Below are positions 50,635-63,750 of a DNA stretch of 64,000 nt, in pieces. The notes under the pieces are model-generated. The model saw only the letters and a program-made list of their open reading frames with translations. It was not told the origin of the DNA and did not search any database. The translations under genes were made by a program, and so were the position numbers. Positions within the stretch are counted from its first letter, which is position 1. Each line of letters starts with the position of its first letter. Source of the DNA: Lama glama (Eukaryota). The DNA is taken from NCBI GenBank assembly GCA_028534125.1, contig CM052829.1, positions 8,310,001 through 8,374,000 on the forward strand, in the 5' to 3' direction.

Positions 50635-51111
50635 TATTGCCAGGCATATCAGTAAATAAAGGATGCTGTGGCCATCAAGTCATCAGTCGCTACTGCCACC
50701 CCTGACAGTGAGCAGAGGGAACTCAGGATGCCGACAAGCAGGCAGCCACCCCCAACGGTGCCCCCTGAGGGAACTTAGGTTGGGAAAGAACAGGAGACCA
50801 GCCCTAGACAGCTAGGTGCAGATCAAAGGAATGATTTTAGTCAGCCCAGACCACTGCACCTTCCCATATGTAAAAAAGTGCTAAACTCCTTAACTTGAGA
50901 TATCTGTTTTTTTTTAAATTAACAGTAATCTTTTGATGTTCTGACTACCTGGTCTTTGTTGCAAAAACTCCTATATATCCTGGCTTCTCCCTTGCCTGGG
51001 TGGAAGGGAGTGATCCAAGAGGCTGTGTCCTGGGCTCGAGTCCTCAGGAAGTCCACCGAATAAAACATAGCTCTCAACTTTTAGGTTGTGCATCTTATAT
51101 TTGTTCTGACA
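50635..51111 (+). mobile_element. ERV1 solo LTR, MER41-like, nested in a probable hAT-Tip100 remnant (~50485-51420)
   Basis: Homologous to 1468-1887; TATA-like cctatatat; AATAAA ~51059; ends tgaca; TSD aaaa / aata. Confidence 0.8.
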
Positions 51112-51556
51112 AATATAACATTAGATCCACTCCTTTAGTAGTTAGGTTAAAGTTTTTGAAACTCTTAGTACATTAGAAAATTAATTGTGGTTAAATTTTT
51201 TTTTTTACTTTGCAAAAATTCTTGAGTATCTAGATGATCTTGAAAAAATGATTGCCAACCCTAAATTAATAAGTAACTTGAGCAAAACAAAAAATTTCCA
51301 AGTAATAATGATAAAATTCTATTTAAAGTGGGATGTGGGTACACTTCAGTATGTTTGTTGTGATGTGGGAAGCTCCAAAAGTCAGTCTGAGGACCCAGGG
51401 TGATTTTAAAATGGCCCAGGGCTGTGAGGATTAAGGGTTTTACACATGATGATTAGTGAATTATAGAAAAATGCATTAACTACTTGGAAAAATCTACAGA
51501 AGAAATGCCAGTGACCCAAAAGGCCACCAGCCAGAAATCTCTGGAATCCACTAAAG

Positions 51557-51684
51557 CAGTGGTTCCCAAATCTACCCGATCATTCAGATAGCTGGGTAAG
51601 GGTGTAGGTAGGGGTGGTACCTGGGAGTGGGTATTTTAAGCAGCATTCCAAATGAGTCTAGCAGACCAGATTTGAGAACCACTG
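51557..51684. mobile_element. MER5-type hAT-Charlie element (second copy ~52678-52843)
   Basis: TIRs cagtggttcccaaa / tttgagaaccactg. Confidence 0.8.
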
Positions 51685-52845
51685 GCTCCTCCCTTCTCAT
51701 TTCATTTCATTTTGTCCTTGGTTTGTTTTGCCCTTTTGGAAAAAGACAGCTGATCACTCTCATCTAGACCACATTTCTTCATGAACTTGACTGCTGCCAA
51801 GTCTTTCTCTGCCAGGCGGGAAGAGCCCAATGCTGTTCATAACAGGGTCAGACATGGCTTTGTCTCCAGCCCTTCCCTTTTTAAACTCGCCCAGCTCCTA
51901 AGAACTTACTTCCCAGTACACCCTTCCGCCACCAAATATCCTTTGCACTGTCCTTAAATTTCCTCCTCCACTCTCGGAGGCGGGCTGGAACATCTCTTCT
52001 CTTCCCTGCTCTTTCGTTCCAAGTCACAGCTTCTGCAATATGCTTTCTATTCTAGTTTTGCAATAACAGGCAGTGACAGGGATTTCAGGGTAAGAGTGCT
52101 ATCCTTGCTGGAGGTCAAGAGACCAGAAACAGGGAATAAGCAGTGTTACATCCTGAGACCAGCAGCAGAGCCAAAGTTGGGGGCGGGGGGAAGGGAAGAG
52201 GGGGAGGGGGAAGTTCACCTTTGCTCTTCCGACACTTCACCTTTCCTGGGGAAAGGAGTCAACTGGACGGATAGAATTATAGAGCCCGGTGGGGCCTCAC
52301 TCTTTACTAATCCAGACCGGAGGTTGGAAGGAGGTTGTCTACTGGAAATGTGATGCTTGGTAATTAAATAAGAGTCTTATTTTGGCTGCAAAGGTAGAGG
52401 TGGCTGCCTTCCTTCCCTGGGGGAGGCCTTCCGCCCTAGAGGTCCTTGTGCTTGGTTGATTTGTGCAAGGAGAATGCTTCCAGAATTATTCAGCTTTTAC
52501 CGACAGGCCCATGGCATACCTCAAAACAGCAGATTTAATTACTTTTAATAGAATGCAGCTAATTATAGACAGATAATTAAAATTAAGATGAATTTTCTCA
52601 TTGCATGAGATACTGTGCATGCTCAGATTTTTGCCTTATAACTGCACAATAACACCACATCAGTAACGTGTTGTGTGCCAGTGATTCATTTATATCAGAA
52701 CCCCCTGGGGGTGTCTGCTGAAAATGCAGATTACTGGGTTTGCGTGCATGTAGCCGGAATGTCTGGGGTGTGAAGCTCAGGAATCTGCATGCTTAGCTAG
52801 ACCTTCAGGTGACTCAAGAATTCCAAAGTTTAAGAGTCATTGCTT

Positions 52846-53007
52846 GGGGGGAAGGGTATAGCCCAGTGGCAGAGTGTATGTCTAGCATGCATGAGGCCCT
52901 AGGTTCAATCCCCAGTATCTCTATTAAAAAAAAAAACTATATCTATAAAGAAATAAACCTAATTACCTCCCCTTCCAAAAAATAAAAAAAACAAAAAAAT
53001 TTTTAAA
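52846..53007 (+). mobile_element. Camelid tRNA-derived SINE (Vic-1-like)
   Basis: ggggggaagggtatagcccagtggcagagtg...ggttcaatccccagta...aaataaacctaattacctcccc plus A tail; TSD aagagtcattgctt / aagaagtcattgatt. Confidence 0.9.
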
Positions 53008-53484
53008 AAGAAGTCATTGATTGAATGAGTACCTATTAAGTGCTACAGATATTACCTTATTAGAAAAAAAATTTTACCACAACCTTATGAAGTAGATATT
53101 ATCATCTGCACTCTTAAACTAAAGCTTAGAGAAGTTCGATAACATTTCTAAGAACAGGATTAAAATTCAGGTCCAATAATCTAAAGCTTGTGCCCTTTTC
53201 AAATCGCCCCCACATTGCTGCAGAGGCCCCACCTCGGCCAGGTCATTGAAGCGGCCTGTGACATTTGTGGACAGTGTGGAATGGGTGTGGGAGACCCCCT
53301 TCTAACTTCGTGGGAAACCGATGGCAGTTGTAACCTCTCTTCTCTGACAATCGCTCTGTTTATTCTCCTTTTAACTGTGACAGGCTCCACCTCCCAGGAG
53401 TCTGTGCTGCCTACCGGACAGGGTGTCAGCCCACCCAGGACTCTTTTAGGAAACTTTTAGGGAACTCTGGTGAATAGAAGCCAA

Positions 53485-53735
53485 GTGTGGTCGATGCTAT
53501 TGGGAACCCCTCCACCCCTCATTTGCTTGTCTCCCTGTGTTGGGTGACTGTGCTTCAGGGCGGGACTGAGTCCTACCATCGCCCTGGCGTGGGATTCCTG
53601 ATTAGCTTAATTATACTGGGAATCCCATTCTGCTTGCCTGTGATTCAGCAATGGGCAAGTGACCCGAGTCTTGTCCATGAGATTTGAGAGGAAGTCTGCT
53701 GGGAGTTTTCTGGGAGGGATTCCTCCCTTGTCAAG
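53485..53735 (+). mobile_element. MLT1 (K/L-like) LTR fragment
   Basis: gggcaagtgacccgagtcttgtccatgagatttgagaggaagtctgctgggagttttctggga. Confidence 0.6.
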
Positions 53736-54826
53736 AATCATCCAAGCTGCTCCATAGGGGGAGGCTGGGCTACATGTTGCACAACACTAGGGGGCTCCAG
53801 CACACGGGATTCTCTGTGGACAGAGCCCCTTGGAATTGCACAAGGGATACTGCCCTGGCAGAAAGCAACGAGAGGGGCGCTTCCTGGAGTTGGGCAACTT
53901 GGCTGTGCAGAGAGAGGGGGTTTCACCTTCACCCACTGAAACTTGAGCCCCCAGGCATTTCTAATCCCATCTTTACACGTTAACATCAACTGAATAAGGA
54001 TTTTCAAACACAGAACTGCGTAGGCCCAGTGGGCTTGCTGGTTAAACGGTGTTGCTCTGTATTTAACAAAAGCCAGATTCTAGAGTCTGCTGAAGTTAGT
54101 TTACCCTGAAGCTCTCATGAGAGGATAAACATCTTTGGTTTGGAATCTGTGGGATGATCAGGCGGGATCTTGGCTGCCCCGGACCGAGCAGTTCCAGGCC
54201 ACAGAGGCCCCAAAGGGAGCGGCTGGGCCCTGGCTGACCAAGCCTCTGTGGGCAGTGAGCTCGGTGTTCGCCTCGGACATGCAAAGCCTCAGCCCTCAGC
54301 TTTCCTCACTTCCCCTCGGCCTTTGTCAGCTTCCTCAGGATGCTCATCTTGAGAAGCCAGCTTCCTTGTCAGGACGGAAGATCTGTGAATCTCCATTCCT
54401 CCTGATTTCCCTGCAAGAAACTTCCCTGACCGCGCTGATCCTCAGCTTCCTGGCAGGCCCCCGTCAAACTGCGGTGGTTTCTCGGCCTGAATCCAGGTTG
54501 GAAATTCTTCTCAAAGATGCTGATTGTTTTCCTTGGACATAGTACAATGCAGGGAAGAATTTTTAAAAATGGTTTTTTAAAGTACAAATTTCCTCCCCAA
54601 TGAGTACCATTATACACGCTCAGAACAGAGCAAGCAGACTAAGAGCTCACATGAGAAAGCAAATCCCAAACCAAAGTCATCCTGACGCCCAGAGGGAACT
54701 ACTGCTGAGAAGTTATTTATTTTCCGTCTCCTTGGTTTGATATTTTCTCAACATTAACATTCTTACTGCTGATGTCATGACAATCTCATGACTCTTTTTG
54801 TTGCTACTCACCATTATTTTTATTAT

Positions 54827-55285
54827 TGTGCTAAAACTCATGATACCAAACTTAGATTTAATACCTCACCTGAATGCAGTTTTGACCTTCACCAGAAATG
54901 CAATCTTAATCAAAGGGTCTGGAATTTTCCGTTGGGCACCAATGAGGTCATCTGCCAGGTGGGCCCTATTTCCCCCCGCCCCTCAGAGGAAGAAGAGGAA
55001 TCTGCGTGATGAAACTTGCTGTTCCCCCCCCCTCACGTCCCCCCCCTCCCCCGCAAAAGACAGTGCCTTGGCCTAAAAAAAAAAAAATCCTTTCTTTTCT
55101 TTTGCTAATAGCTCCCTTGCTCCCGCACCTCCCCACTTCTTCCTATAAAAACCTTCCAGTTTTTACAGCACCTCAGAGCATCCTTCTGTTTGCTAGCTGG
55201 GATGCTGCCTGCTTCAGGAATCGTCTAATAAAGCCAATTAGATCTTCAAATTTTCTCGGTTGAATTTTGTTTGTTTGTTTAAACA
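54827..55285 (+). mobile_element. ERV1-class solo LTR
   Basis: TG...CA ends; cctataaaa at ~55142; aataaagccaattagatct...gaattttgtt...aaca 3' end. Confidence 0.75.
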
Positions 55286-55329
55286 GAATATGCAGGCCTA
55301 CAAGCCAAAGTGAGGTCCTCCTGGGACAA

Positions 55330-55740
55330 ATCTTTCCAACACAAAATTTCTAAGTCAACTCGGGGCCTAGGAACTACTCCTGCAGGCTTGGACGGGTTGT
55401 GAATGGTGCTCTTGGCCCTCCTGAGAGTCTATATTTTTTCCAAATAAGCTTGGGGGCAAAAGAACAGCTCCTTGTTACCTGGAATAAGGAATATGGCCCT
55501 CCACTAGGGCCTCCAAAATTTCTTCTAAGTCAGTTTAGGAGCTTGGGAGCCGCCATTGCCCACAACCATGCACAGAGGGAGTTCTGGCACTGCCTGAGCC
55601 TTGGGAAACTTTCTAAGTCCCCTCAGGTGGCCACAGAGGGCTGGGACTTTACTGCAAGGCACAGAGAGGGCCATTGCCCACCTAACCAACCTCAGAATTT
55701 TAAAAGTCCTACAAGGAGAAGCTGGAATAGCCGATGGTCA
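55330..55740. repeat. Highly decayed ~88-bp-period tandem array, about 5 units
   Basis: Anchor motif aaa(a/c)tt(t)ctaagtc, or a variant, ends at 55356, ~55445, 55531, 55619, 55708 (spacings 89, 86, 88, 89). Confidence 0.5.
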
Positions 55741-55860
55741 GGAAACACTAAGAATGACGCCCTCCAGCAGCCCTGGGTGGACACAGGGGAACCAAGACAC
55801 CCCCACCACGAGAGGCCCAGGAAGACTAGATGGCAGCAAGATTTTATTTTAAAAAAGATT

Positions 55861-56408
55861 TGTTTTAGAACAGAAGAGCAGTTTCTTATGCCCTCTGTAG
55901 TGATAAAAGAAATGTTCACATATTGAGGTATAGGGAGTCCACTTGAATTTTACGCTAACTAGAACAGCCCATGTGTGGCCTAGCAAACATACCTTGTACA
56001 TCTGCTTTACTTATTAAAGAAAAGGGCACATTGACCAGAAATAAAGAATGTCCATGTTAAAAATAAAGATTAAATGCCCGCCTTTCCAGGGAAACCAATG
56101 CTGATCCTTCTTCGATGATAAGACTCCTTCCCCAGCTGCCAAGGCCATACTAACCCGCTGTGTACATGCTGGGCTGGTTTTTTTGTTGTTGTTGTTGTTT
56201 TTTCTTGAAACCTTGAAGAAGGTATCCCTGACTTGTTTGACGTTCTTTGTTCTGACAAGACAAAAAACTGCTGAGAACTATGTTTCCCCGGAGCAGCCCC
56301 TCAGAGTTATCTGAGAGGCTGCCTTCCGGGCTATAGTCCTCAGTTTGGCTCAAATAAAACTCTTTTTTATTCCTATTATAGATTGTTTATTGATAATTTT
56401 TGTTGACA
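55861..56408 (+). mobile_element. ERV1 solo LTR, MER41-related; left boundary approximate
   Basis: 3' part ggagcagcccctcagagttatctgagaggctg...tcctcagtttggctcaaataaaactc...tgttgaca matches the 3' part of 1468-1887. Confidence 0.75.
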
Positions 56409-57659
56409 ATAGTGAACACTTTTTTTGGTTTAACCATCAATGATTGCCCCTTCTTATGGAAAGGACCCCTGAGTTCCTTTTGGGCAGAAAGGCCCTGACC
56501 CGCTCGGAACTAGGAGCCTCAGACAGGCTTTACTCCATCTGCTGGGCTGAGCAGGTGGCCCAGGCCTCGGCTACTGAGGGTACTGTAAACACAGTACAGC
56601 ATAGACCCTCGGAAGGTGCTGAGCGCTGTAAGAACTGCTTTATGAAGTCCGATACTGCTGGTGAAAGGAACTGGTGACTTCCAGCTGTTGAATATACAAT
56701 GTTTTCCTAGCAATGTGCAATCTGACCTCAGTGCTGGAACTTTGGGTGGCCTCCCTCCATCCCTGCTCTCGGCTCACCTGACACCAATCCATCTCTCTAC
56801 CCGGTAGTCAAGGTGATCTTTTCAAAAATAAACAGATGTCTCTGCTTGAAACCCTTCAGCGGGGCCCTTCTAGCCAGGTTGACGATGAAGTCCAAATGTT
56901 CACCTTGGCACTGGTGGTGTTTGGTGATTGGGTTCCTGCCTCCCTAACCTGCACTGCCTTCACCTTCCCTACACTGTGAGCTCCTCAAGGACAGGGATCA
57001 CAACTGATTAGATTTCCATCCATAGGACTGAGATTTCCTTTGAAACATAGCTGGACTCCTAGCTGGAAGGACCCAGTTAAACACAGGACACAGGAAGCAC
57101 ATCTCTATGAGTGAAAGGATATCTTTTCTAGAACTTAATAATCTAACACGTAGAAGAGGCTTAAATATAATCCAAGGGATCTGAATGGAACAGGGATCAT
57201 CCCAAAGTCTCTTCACTTAATCTGACCATCAGGCTCCCCCTCCTCTAGCACCCCACCCCACTCCCACCAAGGTCTCACTTGTATTTCTCATGAGTAGTAA
57301 CTTATTCTGAGCAAAGTTAATCCTACAACATCTTGTAAGTATAACACAGAGATCAATCTAGTCTCACATAAGAACCATCTCCTTCACATGGTTAAAGAAA
57401 CATGTTCTTCCACATAATGAGCAGGTTGTCCTCAGAACCAATGAGCAGACTCAGATCATGGATTCCATTTCTTGCTTCTTAGGAAAGAAACCACCTTCCC
57501 TCCTTCCGTCCCTCCCTCCCTTCCTTTTTCTTTCCTTCCTTCCAAGTAATACCTTTTTATTACAGAAAAAAGTTGAAAATACTAATAAGTAAAAGGAAAA
57601 TGAGAATCATCCATTAGTCCTTCAACCAGAGGTAACCATGATTGGTAATCTGGTTTACA

Positions 57660-58010
57660 TCCTTCTATTTAAAAAAAGGTTTATTGAGATATAATTCACA
57701 TACTATGCAGTTGACATTTAAAATGTACAATTCAAATTCTTTTAGTATATTCACAGAGTTACGCACCCAGCACCACAATCAAATTCAGAATATTTTCATT
57801 ACTGCAAAAAGAAACCCTGTAACTCTTAGCCATCATCTCCCAACTCCCGACCCCTACACCAGTTCTAGGCAACCACTAATCTACTTTCTGCCTCTACAGA
57901 CTTGCCTGTTCTGGATATTTCACGTAAATGGAGTCACGTGTGACGTGCTCCTCGTGACTGCCTTCTTTCACTTAGCCTAACGTGTCTGCAGTTCATCCAT
58001 ACAGTGGCAT
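57660..58010 (-). mobile_element. L1MB-like 3' end within older L1 debris (~57550-58280)
   Basis: tttattgagatataattcacatac...tttagtatattcacagagtt...aggcaaccactaatctactttctg. Confidence 0.85.
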
Positions 58011-60049
58011 GGTGGGGTGGTACTTAGGTTATGCCTAGAAACACCTTCCTCATTCTCAGTTTATTAAGGATCTATTACATTTTCCTCTTATCCTTTCAAG
58101 GCTTAATTTTCAGTATTTAAACCTTAGTTTTGGATTTTATTTTGACGTAAGTATGAAGTGACTTACAAATGCAACTTTGTTTTGTTCCAAGTCACCACCA
58201 ATTTTCCAAGCACCTTTGAATCTTGACTGATGGGAATTCTATCCTCATCATAGGCTAAATTCCAGAACATATATCAACACTCTACACTATCTTTTTAAGA
58301 CAGTTTCCAATTTAAAATTAGAAAAGCAAAGCAGGGAAGGATTTTGCAACGTGTATTCGATGCTGGGATTTGAATGTATATCCTGCTTAAGCCCGATGGT
58401 GGTGGGAGCACAGCTGCCCTTGACTTTGAATGTATATTGCTCAAGGCTCAGTGAACATTGGAGTAACTGAATATTTTAACCTCAGGCTTCTAATAGAGCA
58501 TTTTAGAGAAATCACCTTTGGAAAAGGTGTGAAGATTAGTAGGCGAGAGGAAATAGCTTCAGCACGCTTCATCTTCACCAGGAAAAATAACCAAGGGCAC
58601 AGTTGAAAATTTGTTCCTAGGATCACTGGTTAACAGGCAGGAAGATCTTTAAAACCTTCCTGAAGCTCAGTATCAGCTGTGCCTTCCTTAGAACATTGAG
58701 GGGCCATGGGGAAGACAATGGGGGTCCCTTTTAGAAGAAATCATTCTGCTTTCTGTAGATAGCAATGCAACATTCTAAACAAATCTCAGCAAACCAAAAG
58801 ACTTGAACTAGAGTAAGGAATCACAGGTACAATTTAACCTTGAGGGGGAAAAGATAATATTGCTTCCAGGCTATGCCATGATGTTATATTTGCTGTGCAG
58901 AACAGGTTAACGTTATGGATGTATACACTGCAAATGCTAAAAAACCAATTATTTTCAGGGTAGATGCAAAGGCAGAACTGTAGTTCAGATGCAGACCAAG
59001 GCAGCTAAACCATGTCATACGGATAGACTCTCTCCTCTGACCACTCGTTGATGCCACTAATTTGAGAATTAATTGTGTTTAACCCACAGGTCAACTGGAG
59101 ATGAGCTGGTGCTTTAGGTTTTGAATGAGATTGACTTGTCCCTCCATCCTGTGTGTCCTTGGAGATCTAGTGTGCCTTTCAGGCTCTTTGGGCAATTTAT
59201 AGGGTGAGAGGACTGTTAGTATGACATTTCCCCTGGTCACCTCCCCTCTGAAATCCCAATTCCATCAAATCAATTCAGTTTATGAAACATCTCTTTATCC
59301 CAACTTGAGCCTCTCTGTCCGAACTGGCCATGATTTTGGTAATTTTGTTTTCCAAAATGCCATCGACCAAGGCTGTGTACGTAGCTGACTTTTGCTGACA
59401 GTTTGAGGCCAAGGAGAGATTGACATCACAGCATCTAAATCTAAAGCTGAAGTTAAATCTGAATTAAATCTGAAACTGAATATCGAACATCCCAGTGTTG
59501 GTATTTTGTCCGTTTCATCAAGGCTTGCTGTCTCACTGCCCATATCTCTCCCTCCTTCTGAGCCGTCTCGTCTGCTCTTGCCCTTGCCCTGACCTGCTCC
59601 CCTGCTCAATTCCTTCTCTCCACTAGGCCCAAATTTCTCCCAACCTCTTACGCAGAGCATGCTGGCTCTCTTTTTCCTACTGTCTCTTCCAGGCAAACAA
59701 TTGAAGCCTCACTTCCCAACTAGAGTAACCTATCAAGGTATTTTTGGAAATGAAGGCAATTCTTTTCCTGAGTGGAACTCTAGTGTTGGCTGATAAATGA
59801 TATTTCATTGGATTCAGGTACAGTTCCTGGTGAAAGCAACCTTAGGATAGTTCTGAATTTTATTTAACTCCTGTGTTATGAAAAAAAAATTTTTCTTTTT
59901 TCAGTTAAACAGTGAGGTAGGGCCAGGCATAGGTCCTGTTCCTCTAACGCGGCCTGGAAAACTTCATGAGTCACTGGACATGGGGTGGAGTACCCTGCAG
60001 GGTCTTGTCTCAATAGTGGGGAGTAACGAGCCCTGGATTAAACATGACC

Positions 60050-60778
60050 CTAGTCCACCGAACAAACTTTAAAAGCAAGACTGAAAGAGTCAAGAGGTTT
60101 CCAAGTACCTTAACTTGTCTAAGAACAAATTCAAAAATATTTATAGGAACACAAAAATATCCAGTATTCAACAAGGGAAAATTCCTAATGCCTGTCATCC
60201 AATAAAAAATTACCAGGCATGCAAAGAAGCATAAGTTTACTATTTATAATGAGGAGAAAAATGAATCAATCACAACCGACCCAGCACTGACACAGATGTT
60301 AGGATTAGCGGGTCGGGAGAGCAGAACGATTACACCACACATACTCCATATGTGCAAAAACTGGAGAGACTGGGAAGAGGTAAGAAGGACCCATTTGGAT
60401 ATGAAAGTGACACTGTCTGAGATGGAAAATACACTGGATAGGATGCACAACCAGAGGAGAGGTTACAGGAGAAAAATCAGTAAACTTCAAGACAGTAATA
60501 GAAACTATATAAAAGAGAACACACAGAGAAAGAATTAAAAAATTAACAGCCCACCAGGGAGCTGTGAGACAACTTCAGTCAGCTTGATCTAAAGTAGCTG
60601 GAGTCCATGATGGGGAGGAGAGAAAGGATGAAAAAAATATTTTAAGAAACAATGGTTGAAAATTTTCCAACTTTGTTGTAAATATCGATCCATAGAACTA
60701 AGAATTTCAACAAACCTCAGGCACAAATAAAATGAAGAAAACAGCAAGACACCTCTTGATCAAATTGCTCAAACCTGT
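60050..60778 (+). mobile_element. Old L1 5'/ORF1 region
   Basis: catccaataaaaaattaccaggcatgcaaagaagc...tgagatggaaaatacactggatagg...gaaaattttccaact; ORF 60296-60538 has ORF1 coiled-coil-like LSEMENTLDRM. Confidence 0.8.
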
Positions 60779-63264
60779 GATCAGTTTAATACGATGATTA
60801 TCCTTCTTTTACAGCAAAGAGTCACAGGTTAAATAACTTGCCCAAGACCACACAGCTAGTAAATGAAGGAGAGGATTTAACCCGGGCAACCGGCTCCAGA
60901 GTCTGTGTTTATAATGATTATGCTGAACAAGGGGGTGAGTGCATGTGAAGCCTGGGGAATGTCAACCCAGGCCACTTAGAAGAGGAGACCTGGGATGACC
61001 TGGAACCCTGAATATGGGGAAGTTGTATCAAAGATGCTTATCTCTTACTGAGTCAGTGTGTGTCAGCCTGTATTTGCACCAGGAAATCTATCAACAGTGG
61101 TATCATTTATAGATATAAAAAATTTAAAAAGAGATACACACTAAAAATTTGATTTTACCATGGAAAAGCAATACCAATCATAGTGATACATGAGAACCAA
61201 CGACTATTTCCATTCATCACCATGATCACTTTTCTAGCAAATGCATATTAAGCACGTACTGTTTGCAAGATGCCACGCGTGTTGCTGTGAGTGGTAAAGA
61301 GATGGATCTCGACTTCACGAAGCTTACAGTCCAGTAGGACCAGACGCATAATAATGACTACACGTCTCCAGACTGGGTCGTTAATGTAAAGTTTCGACTA
61401 TAACGAACTCTGGTTGCGTGTGCTTCAACTTCTTTTGCTCCTGTCGCTCGATTTTCCAGTTACTACTAAAGAAAATTCGAGGCAACACCATTGAGAATTG
61501 ATGGGAAGTAATGAGTATGACATCTATGACCAACTGGAGACTGTCAGCACCCTGGAAGGCCTCCTCCACTGGGCTCTGATTGGTGGGGGAGGGGACCTGG
61601 ACCTTGTCGAACGGGCACGTGTCTGTGATGCGGTTTGAGCCTCCTGGAGGCTACAGCTGTCCTTGCTGTTGGGTGGTATCGGAAGTTAAATCTCCTTCCT
61701 CCTTTGGCTCTGAGTTCTTGGGCTCAGCACCTGGAGGGTACTCAGTTTTGTATACGATATTCATTCAGACCAAAACAGGAAAAGCCTGCTAGGCTCTCAG
61801 CAGCCTCTGGGAGGCTGGTTTGCGTGGAGCCTGGAGGAAACCTCCAGGGCTGTGCCTGAATGTTCGGTCTGGCAGAGGAGGTGCAAATCCAGAGTCTGTG
61901 GAAATGAAATGACAAGAAATCGAGTTTGCTGCATAGCAGACCTGAAGTTATTAGTTCGCAGTGAGAGTTTAGCTTTCCTAGGGATTTTTTAAAAATGTGA
62001 TTCTGAATGACTTTCTTGAGAAAATGTGGTTTCGTAAGATTAAGGAAACTTTTAATATTAGGGAAAAGAATTTTTATCATTTACGCCCCATCTACTTTAA
62101 AAAGAGTTTTTGAGGTGGCTTAAAATATTAGAGCACGTGTAAAGTAGGACAGTGAAACAGAGATAAGCAGCAGCTCAGAAGCCAGGGGCTGAGGGCGAGG
62201 CAGATCCATTCACTGCTCATTCTAGAAGTTACTAATTCAGGACATAAAGGTGGTCGTGACAGATTGTGCAGTTCACGTAGCCTATTAGAGAAGAACATCT
62301 AGAGAGATGAATATTTTCCAGGTACTGAATCTTACGAGGGTTTTTTTTTTTTTTTTTTGGTGTGTGAATCCTCATATGAGGAGCACTGGAGAGTAGCTTG
62401 AATAATGTCTTTTGCAGTGATTTGGTGAAAAGTATAGAAACTTAACAAAGGAATAGACTAAGAAAAATTGAGCATGCCTTTGTGATCACTTGCAGGACGA
62501 CAGAGTCTTGCCTTCTCTGAGATTTTATTCATTCACCCCCGTCAATCTTGCGAGGTAACTAAAAGCAAAGCGAAAGCCTTTGCTAAAATTGCTGTTTGAG
62601 AGCCAAAAACAGCTGCAGGACAAGATGCTGGTAATCACTGGAGTTAAGAGAACATGGAGAGAAAAGTGAATTTGCAACAAAAGTAATTATACGGTGTAAA
62701 GCCCTATACAGGTTTAAGAAGGCGTGAGACCACAGACTAAGACTTCAAAGTCTGTTGTCTAGAGCACTTACATTGATTTCTCTAAGGGGATCCTGGTTAG
62801 GAGCTCATTAGCCAACAGAGATACCAAAGGAAATACTTCTACCTTCACGTACACCAGCCACAGAAAGAAGGTAATTATTGGAGAAACAGATTCGACCTTT
62901 GGCTAATTGAAAGTATAAGAAAAAATTGCCCCTTTGCAGCTTAGGTTACAGGAAGAAAACATCACAACACTTACCTTTTGAGCTCCAGCCATAAGTATCA
63001 GATTCAATGGTTATAGAGGAATTCCGCCAGGGCCCTGTTCCCTGCAGGTGAGCTTTTGAAACTGTGCTTGCAGGTCTGCCTCTTGGGAGACAGGCTGCAA
63101 ACCTCAGCGCCCAGAGTCACAGATGTAGCTGGGGAGAGCTGGTCTGTCCTTCTGGAGAACTTGGAAAGGCGCCACTGAACAGGGCAGGGACCACTTTGAA
63201 CTCTGAAGACGGGTCTTCCAGGACTTCTGGCGCTGCCTCAGCCTGCATTCCCAGGACTGGTTAA

Positions 63265-63750
63265 TTCAATCAACACATGTGTTTCGAGTATGTCTACGTG
63301 GCCAGGCTTCGTGCAAGGGGCTCACACCTTAAACAACAAGAGCACATTCCCTGCTCATTGTAAACACAAGAGCCAAGAGAAGCACTAGGAAAGGCAAGAA
63401 TGGGGTCTTCCAGGTTCTACAACAAAGGACCCTGAACTGGCCTGGGTCGGGGTGGGGGCTGGAGGGTGGATGGGTGCATTGCCCTCGGCGTGAGGCGCTG
63501 GAGCAGGAGGGTAGCTGTAAGTCAAGGGGAGGGGAGGGAGGGAGCGAGGGATGGCGGTCCCTGCAGAATGTTCGCAAAGCCCACAGGGAGGATGGAGAGG
63601 GCAGAGGCCCCGCAAAGGCTCTAAGGCTTCGTCCGGAGAGTAATGGGCACCATTGTGGTGGTGTAAGCGGGGGAGGGTATGATCAGATCTGGAGGTTGAG
63701 AAGATGACTTTGGACAACATTTAGAGAATGAATTAGAGAAGGACCTGAAT
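63265..63750 (-). mobile_element. LINE-2 fragments
   Basis: ttcaatcaacacatgtgtttcgagtatgtctacgtggccaggc and atgatcagatctggaggttgagaagatgactttgg. Confidence 0.6.

Noticed and set aside
1468..51111. Paired MER41-like LTRs as the ends of one element
   Set aside because: 49 kb apart, substantially diverged, no retroviral internal sequence, and no shared TSD
52846..52920. tRNA gene (also at ~11.7, 19.85 and 22.1 kb)
   Set aside because: A and B boxes are present, but each copy has a SINE tail, A-rich end and TSD
55330..55740. CRISPR-like repeat-spacer array
   Set aside because: Mammalian context, short degenerate anchors, mutually similar interiors and no cas genes; kept only as a decayed tandem repeat
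55399..55926. Longest ORF (175 aa) as a gene
   Set aside because: Starts at GTG, has no recognisable domain, overlies a decayed tandem array and runs into an LTR
54827..56408. LTR-internal-LTR mini-provirus
   Set aside because: The two LTRs do not align with each other, and no PBS follows the first
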